Assembly: GCA_040386535.1 (NCBI GenBank)
Contig: JAZKFH010000019.1
Location: 128,001-192,000 of the forward strand
From: Myxococcota bacterium
GTDB lineage: Bacteria; Myxococcota_A; UBA796; SXON01
DNA length: 64,000 bases
Direction of reading: 5' to 3'
This document shows positions 1 through 9,036 of this stretch, piece after piece. A program made the position numbers and the translations under genes. Every line of letters begins with the position of its first letter. The first letter of the stretch is position 1. The notes below the pieces were generated by a model. The model searched no databases. It worked only from the letters and a program-made list of their open reading frames with translations, and was not told the origin of the DNA.

Positions 1-147
1 GCGGCGACGATCCTGCGCGCGCGGGACCTGGGTGCCCGCCGCCCGGAGGTGAGCGCGGCCGCGCGCACGAAGGCGCAGACCTACGCCTGGGAGCATGTCG
101 TCGGCGATGTCGAAGCGGTGTACCGGAGCGTGGTCGCCGCGCCCTGA
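1..147 (+). CDS. C-terminal end of a probable GT4-type glycosyltransferase (partial)
   Basis: Frame 1 reads ...AAARTKAQTYAWEHVVGDVEAVYRSVVAAP*, resembling the GT-B C-terminal helix. Confidence 0.55.
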   Translation, partial: AATILRARDLGARRPEVSAAARTKAQTYAWEHVVGDVEAVYRSVVAAP

Positions 148-215
148 CCGCGCGCTGACCGAAGATTGCACCGCGCCTGCACGGCACCTGCACACGCGGG
201 CTTTAGGACGGGGCG

Positions 216-692
216 ATGCTGTTGCTCGTCCCGCTCGCGCTCGGCTCGGCCTGGTCAACCGATCTCCAGGATCTCGACCCCGCCTTCCGCGTCGTGATCG
301 ACCGCGTGATGACCACGCTGCGGTCGCGCGGCTTCACGCCGCACGTCGGCACGTCCTGGCGCAGCCCCGAGCTTCAGGATCTGATCTTCGCCGTCGGAAA
401 GAGCACGCAGGCCGCGGGTGGCGAGAGCTGCCACAACCACGTGGATGCCGCCGGCAAGCCCGCCGCGCGCGCGGTCGACCTGTGGAACGCGCCGGTCGAC
501 CTGCGGTTGTTCACGGGGGCCACCTCCCGGCTCGAAGCGGAGGCGCCCTTCCTGCGGGCGCTCGGCGAGGTCGCGCGGGCCGAGGGCCTGCGCTGGGGCG
601 GCGACTGGCACGGGCAGCCCTCGGCGTGGGACCCGTACGGGCTCGGCTGGGACCCGGCGCACGTGGAGGTGCGGGGGTGCGCGGGCCGGTGA
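216..692 (+). CDS. M15-family metallopeptidase (peptidoglycan hydrolase-like), secreted
   Basis: Signal-like N-terminus; motifs WRSxExQ, SCHN...AVD, LRWGGDW, DPAHVE. Confidence 0.8.
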   Translation: MLLLVPLALGSAWSTDLQDLDPAFRVVIDRVMTTLRSRGFTPHVGTSWRSPELQDLIFAVGKSTQAAGGESCHNHVDAAGKPAARAVDLWNAPVDLRLFTGATSRLEAEAPFLRALGEVARAEGLRWGGDWHGQPSAWDPYGLGWDPAHVEVRGCAGR

Positions 693-721
693 TCGGAGGC
701 GCGTTTGTGCCGCCGGGGCAG

Positions 722-901
722 GGGGTCTGACCTTACGACTTATCGCCTGCGACAGGCCAACCTGGGCAATTCAAGGGTGGGGTCTGACCTTACGACTTGT
801 CACCTAGGCCAGGTTCCAAGTGACAAGTGATAAGGTCAGACCCCGCCGGGCGAAACCCGGCGTTCGCTCGTTCCAAGTGATAAGTCGTAAGGTCAGACCC
901 C
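722..901. repeat. REP/BIME-like cluster: four ~25-bp copies of GGGGTCTGACCTTACGACTT(A/G)TC(A/G)C
   Basis: Forward copies 722-746 and 779-803; reverse copies 820-844 and 877-901; small hairpin gccggg-cgaaa-cccggc between the last two. Confidence 0.85.
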
Positions 902-971
902 TCCGTGGAGCCGCGCGGGGGGTGATCGGAGGGGTGTGTGTGCCGCCCTCGCCTCCGGGGTAGGAGGCCGC

Positions 972-1628
972 ATGCTGCTCGCCCTCGTCCTCCCCGTCGT
1001 CGCCGCGGGCATCCCGGCGTCGCTGACCACCTACGATCAGGCGGTGACCAGCGTCACGGCCGCGATGACGGCCGCGCTCCCGCGGCTCGCCACGTGCAAG
1101 GCCGTGCCCGGCGACAAGCTCGTCTTCAAGGTGGATTTGAAGGGCGTGCCTGCCGTCACCACCGTCGCGCTCACCGGCACCGCCTCCGCGACCGTGCCCG
1201 CGCCGTGCCACGAGAAGGTGGTGGCGGAGGTGTTCACGCGCGCGCGGCCCAAGGTCGGCCTCGAGGCCGCCGTGGTGGTCGACGTGTTCGGCGGCGCGCC
1301 GCGGCTCGACGGCGACGTCGCGTTGTTCGGCGCGCTCGACAAGGAGAGCATCGAGGCGGGCGTGCGCCCCCGAATGGACCGCGTGGCCCAGTGCTACGTC
1401 AACGCGCTGAAGGACGCGCCCGGGATCGCGGGCGATGTCATCGTGAGCCTCACCGTGCTCCCTACCGGTCAGGTCCTCGCCGCCGACCTGAAGCGCACGA
1501 CGTTGTGGAGCCCGCCGACCGAGGCGTGCGTGCTCAAGGAGATGATGGGCGCGGTGTTTGCCGAGCCGGACGGCGGCGCGCTCGTGCGGGTGAGCTACCC
1601 GTTCACGTTCAAGCCGCCGGCCCCGTAG
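972..1628 (+). CDS. Secreted protein with AgmX/PglI (TonB-C-like) C-terminal domain
   Basis: AGGAGG RBS; signal peptide; CYxxAL..PGIAGDVIVSLTV...CV...VSYPFTF pattern. Confidence 0.75.
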   Translation: MLLALVLPVVAAGIPASLTTYDQAVTSVTAAMTAALPRLATCKAVPGDKLVFKVDLKGVPAVTTVALTGTASATVPAPCHEKVVAEVFTRARPKVGLEAAVVVDVFGGAPRLDGDVALFGALDKESIEAGVRPRMDRVAQCYVNALKDAPGIAGDVIVSLTVLPTGQVLAADLKRTTLWSPPTEACVLKEMMGAVFAEPDGGALVRVSYPFTFKPPAP

Positions 1629-1633
1629 CTTCG

Positions 1634-2122
1634 CTACTTCTGGTGTCCCGGGGCGTCGGTCCAGTGGCGGTCGGGACGCTCGGCCGTGTGCCAGGCCTCG
1701 AACGGGCCATCGTCGGGGTAGCAGGCGCGGTCGCCCTCCCGCCGCTCGCCGATGACGAGCATCGTGACTTCGTCGGGCCCGTGGTTCACGAGGCAGTGCG
1801 CGATGCCGGTGCCGGCGGGGAACGACACGAAGTCGCCCGGTCCGAGGGCGTGCTCCTCGGCGGCCGCGCCGGGGGGGATCACGCGGAGGTGTGGGCTCCC
1901 GGCGAGCACGTAGACGGCCTCCTCCTCGTCGGAATGCGCGTGGGTGAAGCTCGATCGGCGGCCCGGCAGGAGCCGCTCGTGCCACACCCCGAGGCGCACC
2001 GAGCCCGCGGCGGTGCCGAGATCCCGGCCGATCGACAGCTTCTCGGCTTCGAAGGGCGGAGGGTAGGCGGCCTCGATGGCGGGCACGCTCGCCGTGTGGA
2101 CCACGTACGCTGGGCGTGTCAC
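1634..2122 (-). CDS. Cupin-domain protein
   Basis: HAHSDEEEAVYVLAG and GDFVSFPAGTGIAHCLVN cupin motifs; GTG start overlaps the upstream TGA. Confidence 0.85.
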   Translation of the reverse strand: MTRPAYVVHTASVPAIEAAYPPPFEAEKLSIGRDLGTAAGSVRLGVWHERLLPGRRSSFTHAHSDEEEAVYVLAGSPHLRVIPPGAAAEEHALGPGDFVSFPAGTGIAHCLVNHGPDEVTMLVIGERREGDRACYPDDGPFEAWHTAERPDRHWTDAPGHQK

Positions 2123-2826
2123 GCCTGCGTCGCCTTGGCGACGAACCGCTTGAGCCATCGCAACCCGCGTGTCTCCTCGCTCGCGACGGTGTCCGCGTCC
2201 AGCCCGAGCGCCCTCGCGGTCGCGTCGGCGGAGCAGGGCTTGCCCCCGAACAGGCCGTGGCGCGAGGCGAGCACCGCGCGCTCGGTGGGCTCGAGTTGGA
2301 AGAAGGCCTCCTCGAGTTGATCCCAGGTGACGCCGGTGTCGGGCCCGAACAGGGCGCCGAGGACCGCGGGGCGCGCCGGCTCGGGCACGGCCAGCCCGGC
2401 GTCCATGCCGCCCGGACCGAACGTGAGCTTGGAGTCCGGCTCGTCGAGCGACTCTCCCTCGTTGGCGGTGAAGTAGTCGACCGGGAGGGTGTTCGACCGG
2501 GCCTCTTCGAGCGCCTCGGCGATGTTGGCGGCGACGACACACGCGGCGTCGCGCACGGCCTCGACCTCGTCCTCCCAGATCAGGTCGTGCGAGAGGACCA
2601 CGATCTGTTCGCCCTCGTTCACGTCGACCGCCCAGGCGTCCCCGTTCGCGGCCATCCCGATGATCCATAGGCCTTGCGACGCGGGATCGTGCCACTCCTC
2701 GCTCCGGCTCTCGGCCACCATGTCCCCGAGGGTCGGCAAGAACTCGATCGGCCCGACGACGGCGCCGAGGTTGTTCTTGAGATGGGCGAGGACCGCGGGG
2801 GAGAACGGGGGCGACGACTCGGGCAC
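2119..2826 (-). CDS. SMI1/SUKH-like N-terminal domain fused to a sigma70 region-4-like HTH
   Basis: IIGMAANGDAWAVD..QIVVLSHD..VAANIAEAL; C-terminal LEPTERAVLASRHGL..ARALGL..TVASEETRGLRWLK; start uncertain. Confidence 0.55.
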   Translation of the reverse strand: MPESSPPFSPAVLAHLKNNLGAVVGPIEFLPTLGDMVAESRSEEWHDPASQGLWIIGMAANGDAWAVDVNEGEQIVVLSHDLIWEDEVEAVRDAACVVAANIAEALEEARSNTLPVDYFTANEGESLDEPDSKLTFGPGGMDAGLAVPEPARPAVLGALFGPDTGVTWDQLEEAFFQLEPTERAVLASRHGLFGGKPCSADATARALGLDADTVASEETRGLRWLKRFVAKATQA

Positions 2827-2951
2827 GGGACGGCTCCGGGGATGGGGGCGGGGATTTAGCACGCTGGGAGGGCCGGACCCACGGGGTTTCCCGCGCGTGT
2901 CGGCAGTCACGGCCGTGTCGGCGTTAGGAGGCCGTCTCTCCGGGAAGCCCA

Positions 2952-3695
2952 ATGTCCGTCGCCATCATCACCGGCGCCTCCACCGGCATCGGCGCCTCGC
3001 TCGCGCGGGAGCTGGGCCGTCGTAAGTGGAAGGTGGGCGTGATCGCCCGCCGCTCCGATCTGCTCGACGCGATCGTGGCCGAGGTGCGTGCCGCCGGGGG
3101 CGAGGCCGCCGCCGCCACGGCCGACGTGACGGATCGCGCCGCCCTCGAGTCCGCCGTGCTCGCGCTGGAGGCCGTGCTCGGCCCGTGTGATCTGATGGTC
3201 GCCAACGCGGGCAGCGGCCAGCCCGCGCCGATGCACAAGGTGCCGGTCGACACGATCCTGGCCACCATGCGTCTGAACTTCGACGGCGCCCTCTTCAGCG
3301 CCGCGGCCGTGCTCCCCGGCATGCTCGAGCGCAAGCGCGGTCAGCTCGCGGTGGTGTCGAGCGTCGCCGCCAACCGGGGCCTGCCCGGCAACGGCGGCTA
3401 CAGCGCGAGCAAGGCCGCGATCAGCACGCTCTGGGAGGCCATGCGTGTCGATCTGCACGGCCACGGCGTGCGGTGCACGACCATCCACCCCGGCTTCGTC
3501 GCGACGCCGCTCACCGCGAAGAACCGCTTCAAGATGCCCTTCCTCCTCACCGCCGACCAGGCGGCGAGCATCGTGGCTGACGGGCTCGAAGCCGGCCGCA
3601 AGGACATCACGTTCCCGTGGCAGATGCGCTGGATCACGACGTTGATGCGGTGGCTCCCGATCTGGGCGTGGGATCGGATGGCGCCGAAGCGGTAA
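2952..3695 (+). CDS. Short-chain dehydrogenase/reductase (SDR)
   Basis: TGASTGIG, NAG and YSASK motifs. Confidence 0.95.
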   Translation: MSVAIITGASTGIGASLARELGRRKWKVGVIARRSDLLDAIVAEVRAAGGEAAAATADVTDRAALESAVLALEAVLGPCDLMVANAGSGQPAPMHKVPVDTILATMRLNFDGALFSAAAVLPGMLERKRGQLAVVSSVAANRGLPGNGGYSASKAAISTLWEAMRVDLHGHGVRCTTIHPGFVATPLTAKNRFKMPFLLTADQAASIVADGLEAGRKDITFPWQMRWITTLMRWLPIWAWDRMAPKR

Positions 3696-3723
3696 GTGGT
3701 CGGGGAGCCCTCCTGAGGTTTCC

Positions 3724-5028
3724 GTGAACCCACCGATCGACCTGCGCCACCACGCCCACCGCCCCATCCTGTTCGACGCCGCGGAGGCGCACCGGGAGGC
3801 GATCCGCTACGAGCCCGACGGCACCGTGATCCTGCGCTCCCCCGAGGTGACGCGGCGCACGGGCAAGGACCAGATCGTCGTACCCCCGGAGCGGCAGTAC
3901 CCCGCGGTCCGCGCCACCTTCGACGACCTGAACAAGGCGATCTCCTCCCGCGCCAACTCGCCGCGGATGGAGGACGGGCGGACGTTGCGCCAGGTCTACG
4001 ACGCCGAGCTGGAGCACTACGAGGCGCTCACCGCCGTCGCGATGGCGGAGGGGCGCGCGGAGCCGGACTACGGCACCTACGTGTTCGACCCCGTGCGCTC
4101 CGAGCTGTTCCTGGTGGCGCCGGAGCGCTGGCACCGCCTCGCGCTGGTGACGAGCAACTCCAAGTTGATGAGCGAGCCGGAGGGGGTGCTCTCCTGGTCC
4201 GAGGTCCGTGGGCGCCTGGAGTCCGCGGTGATGGGGTTCGCCGGCGTGAGCGTGGGCGGCAACCTGCTCGAGGGCTGGCTGCGGGAGGCGCGGCCCAAGC
4301 GGGTGAAGGTGGCGGACCCCGACTGGGTCGAGCTCACCAACCTCAACCGCGGGGAGCGTATGTCCCTGCGTCACGTCGTCGGGAGCCGCGCGAGTCGCTT
4401 CGATCCGACCAACCCGTTCGACGTGCCCCGCGTGCCGAAGGCCGAGTACATCGCGTACGAGTGCCAGCTGGTCGACCCCTACCTCGAGGTCGACGTGTAC
4501 GGGGAGGGGATCACCCGCGAGAACATCGAGCGGTTCCTCCTCGGCGGTGACGGCGAGCCGCGCCTCGACGTGCTCGTCGAGGAGATGGACAACCTCGACC
4601 TGAAGGTGCTGGTGCGCCAGGTCGCGCGCGAGCACGGGATCGACGTGCTGATGCTCTCCGACTTCGGCCACCAGGCGCACGTGTTCTGGAACCCGTTCCG
4701 CGACGCTCCCAGCGGCCCGCTCGGGTACGGCGCGGACGACGAGACGCTCCTCGCCGCGCTCGCGGGCTCGAAGACCGGCGACCGCGCCAAGGTGTTCGAG
4801 TTCGTCGGCGCGCTCTGCGGCGAGGACTACGCCGACGCGCAGTTCGCGGACTGGATCGCGGGTCGGGGCGAGCAGCCGACGAGCAGCATGCCCCAGTCGG
4901 GGGCCACGGCGATGGCGTCGGGCGCGATCGGGGGCAAGGAGCTGGCGCTCCGCGTGCTCGGCCATCCGCTGCCCGCCGGCAATCGCGCCGTCTACGATCT
5001 GCTGCGGCGACGGGTCACGCTCGGATGA
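3724..5028 (+). CDS. ThiF/E1-like adenylyltransferase (Rv1355c N-half-like)
   Basis: GFAGVSVGG, VADPDWVELTNLNR, DVLVEEMDNLDLK, PQSG motifs. Confidence 0.85.
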   Translation: MNPPIDLRHHAHRPILFDAAEAHREAIRYEPDGTVILRSPEVTRRTGKDQIVVPPERQYPAVRATFDDLNKAISSRANSPRMEDGRTLRQVYDAELEHYEALTAVAMAEGRAEPDYGTYVFDPVRSELFLVAPERWHRLALVTSNSKLMSEPEGVLSWSEVRGRLESAVMGFAGVSVGGNLLEGWLREARPKRVKVADPDWVELTNLNRGERMSLRHVVGSRASRFDPTNPFDVPRVPKAEYIAYECQLVDPYLEVDVYGEGITRENIERFLLGGDGEPRLDVLVEEMDNLDLKVLVRQVAREHGIDVLMLSDFGHQAHVFWNPFRDAPSGPLGYGADDETLLAALAGSKTGDRAKVFEFVGALCGEDYADAQFADWIAGRGEQPTSSMPQSGATAMASGAIGGKELALRVLGHPLPAGNRAVYDLLRRRVTLG

Positions 5029-6239
5029 GCGACGCGACGCGGATCGACACTTCGGTGCCCGGCGACGTACCCGAGGGCCCCCTGTTCGACGCCTGGCGCG
5101 TCGCGCCCCTCGATCTCGAGGGCTTCCGCGCGCTCGGCGCGGGCGATCGTCCCAGCCGGGACCAGCTCGCGCGGCTCGCCGGCTTCGCGCTCCTCGCCCC
5201 CACCACCCACAACACCGTGCCGCAGCGGTTCGAGCTCGACGAAGCCGACGGCGCGCTCCGGGTGTGGGTGGCCCGCGAGGCCGTGCTGCCCGAGTCCGAT
5301 CCGGCGGGTCGGCAGGCGACCGTGAGCATCGGGTGCGTGGTGGAGAACGCCGTCCTGGCCGGGGCCGTGTACGGCTACGACGCCGAGATCGTGCCGCTCT
5401 CCGGCGCGGACGCGGTGCGGCCGCCTCGCGCCGACGAGCCCGACCTCGTCCCCGTGGTCGCGGTGCGCTTCCGTGCCGGCGGTGCGCCCCTCGCGGCCGC
5501 GTGGCTCGACGCGATGCGCGCGCGAAAGATGGTCCGGGCGGAGTACGACGAACGTGTCCGCATCCCGCCCGAGCTCCTCGCCGAGCTGGGCGAGACGGTC
5601 CGCGCGCTCCACCCCGGCCTCACCCTCCACGTCCTCACCGACGCGCCGACCAAGTTGTTCCTCGGCAAGTTCCAGGAGCTCGCCGACACCACAGTCATCA
5701 ACCGCGAGCGCTTCGCCCGCGAGCTCGGCGACTGGCTCCTCCCCAACGACAGCGCCGCGTCCGTCGGCATGCGGGGCCGTGAGTATGGGCTGTCGGACGC
5801 CGCGTCCGAGCGGATGTACCTCGGCCTCCGGGGGGAGGTGCGGCTCTTCCCCGACGAGACCGCCGGCTTCGCGAAGGGCGGCAACCTCGGCATGCGCACC
5901 GCGAGCGCGGTCCTCGTGATCACCGCCGCCGAAGACGACTTCGCCCACCGCCTCGCCGCGGGCCGCGCCTTCCAACGGCTGGCCCTCCGCCTCGTGGACG
6001 CGGGGTTCTGCACCACGATGCACGCGGGGATCACCGAGGTCGAGGCGCCCAACATGGCGCTGCGCGGCCGCCTCCGCACGCGCCAACGCCCGACCGTGGT
6101 GTTCCGCGCCGGGCGCCCGTTGCACCATGAGGAGGGGCAACGCCCGCATGCGTCGCGACCGTCGTTGGAGGCGCTGCTGGTCGATCAGGCAGAGGGAGAG
6201 GCAATCAGGAAAGCAGGAAGAGAGGAGGGCAGGAAGTAG
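5025..6239 (+). CDS. Acg-like nitroreductase-fold protein
   Basis: LAPTTHNTVP, DPAGRQATVSIGCVVEN, AGRAFQRLAL, VFRAG; ATGA overlap with the ThiF gene. Confidence 0.8.
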   Translation: MSDATRIDTSVPGDVPEGPLFDAWRVAPLDLEGFRALGAGDRPSRDQLARLAGFALLAPTTHNTVPQRFELDEADGALRVWVAREAVLPESDPAGRQATVSIGCVVENAVLAGAVYGYDAEIVPLSGADAVRPPRADEPDLVPVVAVRFRAGGAPLAAAWLDAMRARKMVRAEYDERVRIPPELLAELGETVRALHPGLTLHVLTDAPTKLFLGKFQELADTTVINRERFARELGDWLLPNDSAASVGMRGREYGLSDAASERMYLGLRGEVRLFPDETAGFAKGGNLGMRTASAVLVITAAEDDFAHRLAAGRAFQRLALRLVDAGFCTTMHAGITEVEAPNMALRGRLRTRQRPTVVFRAGRPLHHEEGQRPHASRPSLEALLVDQAEGEAIRKAGREEGRK

Positions 6240-6287
6240 GAGAATGAACTGGAAGGAGGAGGGGAGCCGGCGCTTGGCTCCGGCCTT

Positions 6288-7319
6288 CTAGACCTTCACC
6301 GCCACGAACGAACAGCTCCCGCCAAACCCGAGCAGGCTCCCCAGTCGATCGGGCGCCGAGAGCGCCTGCGCCAACGGCACGACCGTGCGGGCGTAGAGCT
6401 TCGTGAACCTGCTGGTGGGGGGAGGGCCGGCCGATTCGGGGGGGCGTTGCGGGGGGGCACCCCCCGCCCCAAGATCCTTCCGCTGATTCTTGACCTTGCC
6501 CAGCCACGGCAGCAGCCGGTGGTCGTGCAGAGGCTGAATCCAGACGTTGAAGGAATGCAGGTCAAGCACCTGGAATCCAACACCTTCCAGGTGCGTGCGC
6601 ATCTGGGCGCGCGTCGGCATGCGCTCGTGGAAGTGCCCGACGCTGGCCTGGCGGGCCGCGTAGTCGGCGGGGTCCCGCGCGCGTTGCCAGCCGTCGAAGC
6701 TGCCGCCGATGTCGCGCACGGGCATGTGCACGACGAGGCGGCCGCCGGGCGCGAGGACGCGGAACGCCTCGGTGAGGGCGCGATCGAGGTGGGTGAGGTG
6801 CTCGAACACGTCGAAGGCGACGAGCGCGGCGAACGCGCCGTCCGCGAAAGGGAGCGACTCCGCGTCCCCCAAAACCCAGAGGGTGTCGCTGCGGCGGGCG
6901 CGCGCTGCGGCGTTCTGGGCCGCGACCCAGACCGGCGAGATGTCGAGGCCGGTGCCGTGGATGCCGCGGGTGCGTTCGAGCCAGGGGAGCAGGCCCGAGC
7001 GATGGCCGCCGATCTCGAGCACCCGGGCGCCACGTTCGAGCGGGAGCGCTTCGAGCAGGCCCTTCTGGTGCACCAGCATCAGGTTGTGGGGATGGTCGAA
7101 GTCGCTCATGGCGCCGAGGCGCTGGTCGTAGATGTCGGCCTGGAGGGACTTGTTCGTGTCGTCGAGCGTGCCACCGCTCCCGGAGTCACGGGGGCGTAGA
7201 TCCCAGCCGCCGAGGGCCTCGGGGTACACGCGGCCGGCGGCACCTGCGAGGCCGCCGTGCACGACGGAGAGGGGACGCTTGTCGACGGGATCGGCGAGGT
7301 ACTTGGGAGGGGCCATCAT
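6288..7319 (-). CDS. Class I SAM-dependent methyltransferase with Trm112-like N-terminus
   Basis: VLEIGG, GLDIS, GDAESLPFADGAF, VFEHL, RVLAPGG; ATGA overlap with upstream gene. Confidence 0.9.
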   Translation of the reverse strand: MMAPPKYLADPVDKRPLSVVHGGLAGAAGRVYPEALGGWDLRPRDSGSGGTLDDTNKSLQADIYDQRLGAMSDFDHPHNLMLVHQKGLLEALPLERGARVLEIGGHRSGLLPWLERTRGIHGTGLDISPVWVAAQNAAARARRSDTLWVLGDAESLPFADGAFAALVAFDVFEHLTHLDRALTEAFRVLAPGGRLVVHMPVRDIGGSFDGWQRARDPADYAARQASVGHFHERMPTRAQMRTHLEGVGFQVLDLHSFNVWIQPLHDHRLLPWLGKVKNQRKDLGAGGAPPQRPPESAGPPPTSRFTKLYARTVVPLAQALSAPDRLGSLLGFGGSCSFVAVKV

Positions 7320-8968
7320 TGCAGGTAGCCGAGCCCCCGGAGCCGCTCTTCGATGGCACGATCCGTGGCCGCGTCCCGCTTGGGACCGTCGGCACCGGCG
7401 AACACGCGCGCCTCGGTCCAGAGCGTGCGCAGGTGCGCAGAGAGGACCTCGTGGAGCACGCGCCCGTCGATGTCGTCGGGGATGGCGGCACCCATCGTGG
7501 CGAAGAGCGTCGGCATGATGTCGACGATGTTCGCGTCCGCGATGGTGGTGCCGGGCGCAAAGTCGGGGCCCCACCCGAGGAACAGGCCGTCGGGCTCGTG
7601 GTTGCCACTGGCGAACCCGCTCTTCTCGAACACGTCGCTCGGGACGTCGCCCTCGGAGTAGTAGAACCACACCGAGTCGTCGTGCGTCGCGATGAGGAGA
7701 TCCGCTGCTCCGTGCACCTCGGGGCCCTGGTACAGCTGATCGCGGCGCTCGACGCGCGTGATGATGCGGTTGCCCTCGGGATCGCGCATGGCGAGCAGGC
7801 GCTGGCGCACCTCTTCGACCACGCGATCGTAGTCGGCGGGATCGACGGCGCCGCGCGGCTCGCGGCCCTTCAGGTTGATGCGCACGGAGTTGGTGCCGTG
7901 GCAGAACGCCTGGGTGTTCTCCCAGTCGATGTCCGTCGCGAAGCGGGACAGCTCGTCCCCCATGCGGAGGGCGCGATCACCGCCGAAGCGCTTGGCGAGG
8001 TCGAGCAATTTGCGCGTGTCGACCCCGGCGCGGCCGAGCACCCCGCGCACCTTGTGCAGACGGTTGCGCGTGTCACGCCCGCCTTCGCGGAAGGTGAGGA
8101 AACCCTCGCGCGCAAGCCAGGTGTTGAGGAACACCTTGTAGCGGCAGGGGCCGAACCCGTGGTCGGAGATGAAGATGACGTTCGAGTCCGCCGGGCGGCG
8201 CTCGATCATCTCGGCGACGCGCGTGTCGAGCAGGCGGTAGATGTCGAGGATCTGCTCCTCGTACTTCGTCGCGAGCGCCGCGTCGTGATGCGGGTGGTTC
8301 GGGTCGAAGATGTGCCAGAGGCAATGCTGCATCCGGTCCATCTCGACCCACACGGTGCAGAACACGTCCCACGGCTCCTGCTCCATCAGCGTGCGCACGA
8401 GCTTGCCACGCCCGTCGAGCATGGCGCGCAGCCGCCCGAGGAAGGGCAGGATGTCGGCTTCCGTCTCCGTCAGGTGGGTGTCGATCACGTAGTCGGGCAC
8501 AAGCTTGTCGAGCTCGGCCTTGTAGGATGCGGGCCAGGTGAAGCCGGGCACATCCTTGGCCGGCGTGAGCATGTCACCCACCGCGATGCCGTTGATGGGA
8601 CGGGCCGGGTAGGTGAGGGGAAGGTTGACCGTGGCGACGCGCGCGCCGCGCTCGGACAAGAGCTCGAAGAACGTGCGCGATTGGATGCGCGTCGAGTCGA
8701 TCGGGCGGTACAGGTAGCTGCCGGGCACCGGCTCCGTCCAGTCGTAGATCCCGTGCTTTCCGGGGCCCTTTCCGGTCTGGTACGCGGTCCATGCCGTGGC
8801 GGTCATCGGCGGGACCACCGACCACAACGGGCCGGACGCGCCCTCCTTCCGCAGCTTGCCGAGCGTCGGCAGGACGCCCCGCTCGATGAAGCCGTCCAGG
8901 AGCTTCCACGTCGCGCCGTCGAGGCCGATGATGACGGCCTTGCGGCGTACTGTTCCCTTGGCAGCCAT
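7316..8968 (-). CDS. Alkaline phosphatase superfamily (type I phosphodiesterase/nucleotide pyrophosphatase) protein
   Basis: IIGLDGA, PPMT..AW...TG..PGKHG, DRMQH, SDHGF, ERLRGLGYL. Confidence 0.9.
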   Translation of the reverse strand: MAAKGTVRRKAVIIGLDGATWKLLDGFIERGVLPTLGKLRKEGASGPLWSVVPPMTATAWTAYQTGKGPGKHGIYDWTEPVPGSYLYRPIDSTRIQSRTFFELLSERGARVATVNLPLTYPARPINGIAVGDMLTPAKDVPGFTWPASYKAELDKLVPDYVIDTHLTETEADILPFLGRLRAMLDGRGKLVRTLMEQEPWDVFCTVWVEMDRMQHCLWHIFDPNHPHHDAALATKYEEQILDIYRLLDTRVAEMIERRPADSNVIFISDHGFGPCRYKVFLNTWLAREGFLTFREGGRDTRNRLHKVRGVLGRAGVDTRKLLDLAKRFGGDRALRMGDELSRFATDIDWENTQAFCHGTNSVRINLKGREPRGAVDPADYDRVVEEVRQRLLAMRDPEGNRIITRVERRDQLYQGPEVHGAADLLIATHDDSVWFYYSEGDVPSDVFEKSGFASGNHEPDGLFLGWGPDFAPGTTIADANIVDIMPTLFATMGAAIPDDIDGRVLHEVLSAHLRTLWTEARVFAGADGPKRDAATDRAIEERLRGLGYLQ

Positions 8969-9036
8969 GCCGTCCCCCTCCAACACCGGGTACGTTGTAG
9001 CCCGGCTGCCGAAGGGGTGGCCACGCAGGAGAGTGA

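Noticed and set aside
722..901. CRISPR array
   Set aside because: Repeats occur in both orientations with irregular spacing, and no cas genes are present
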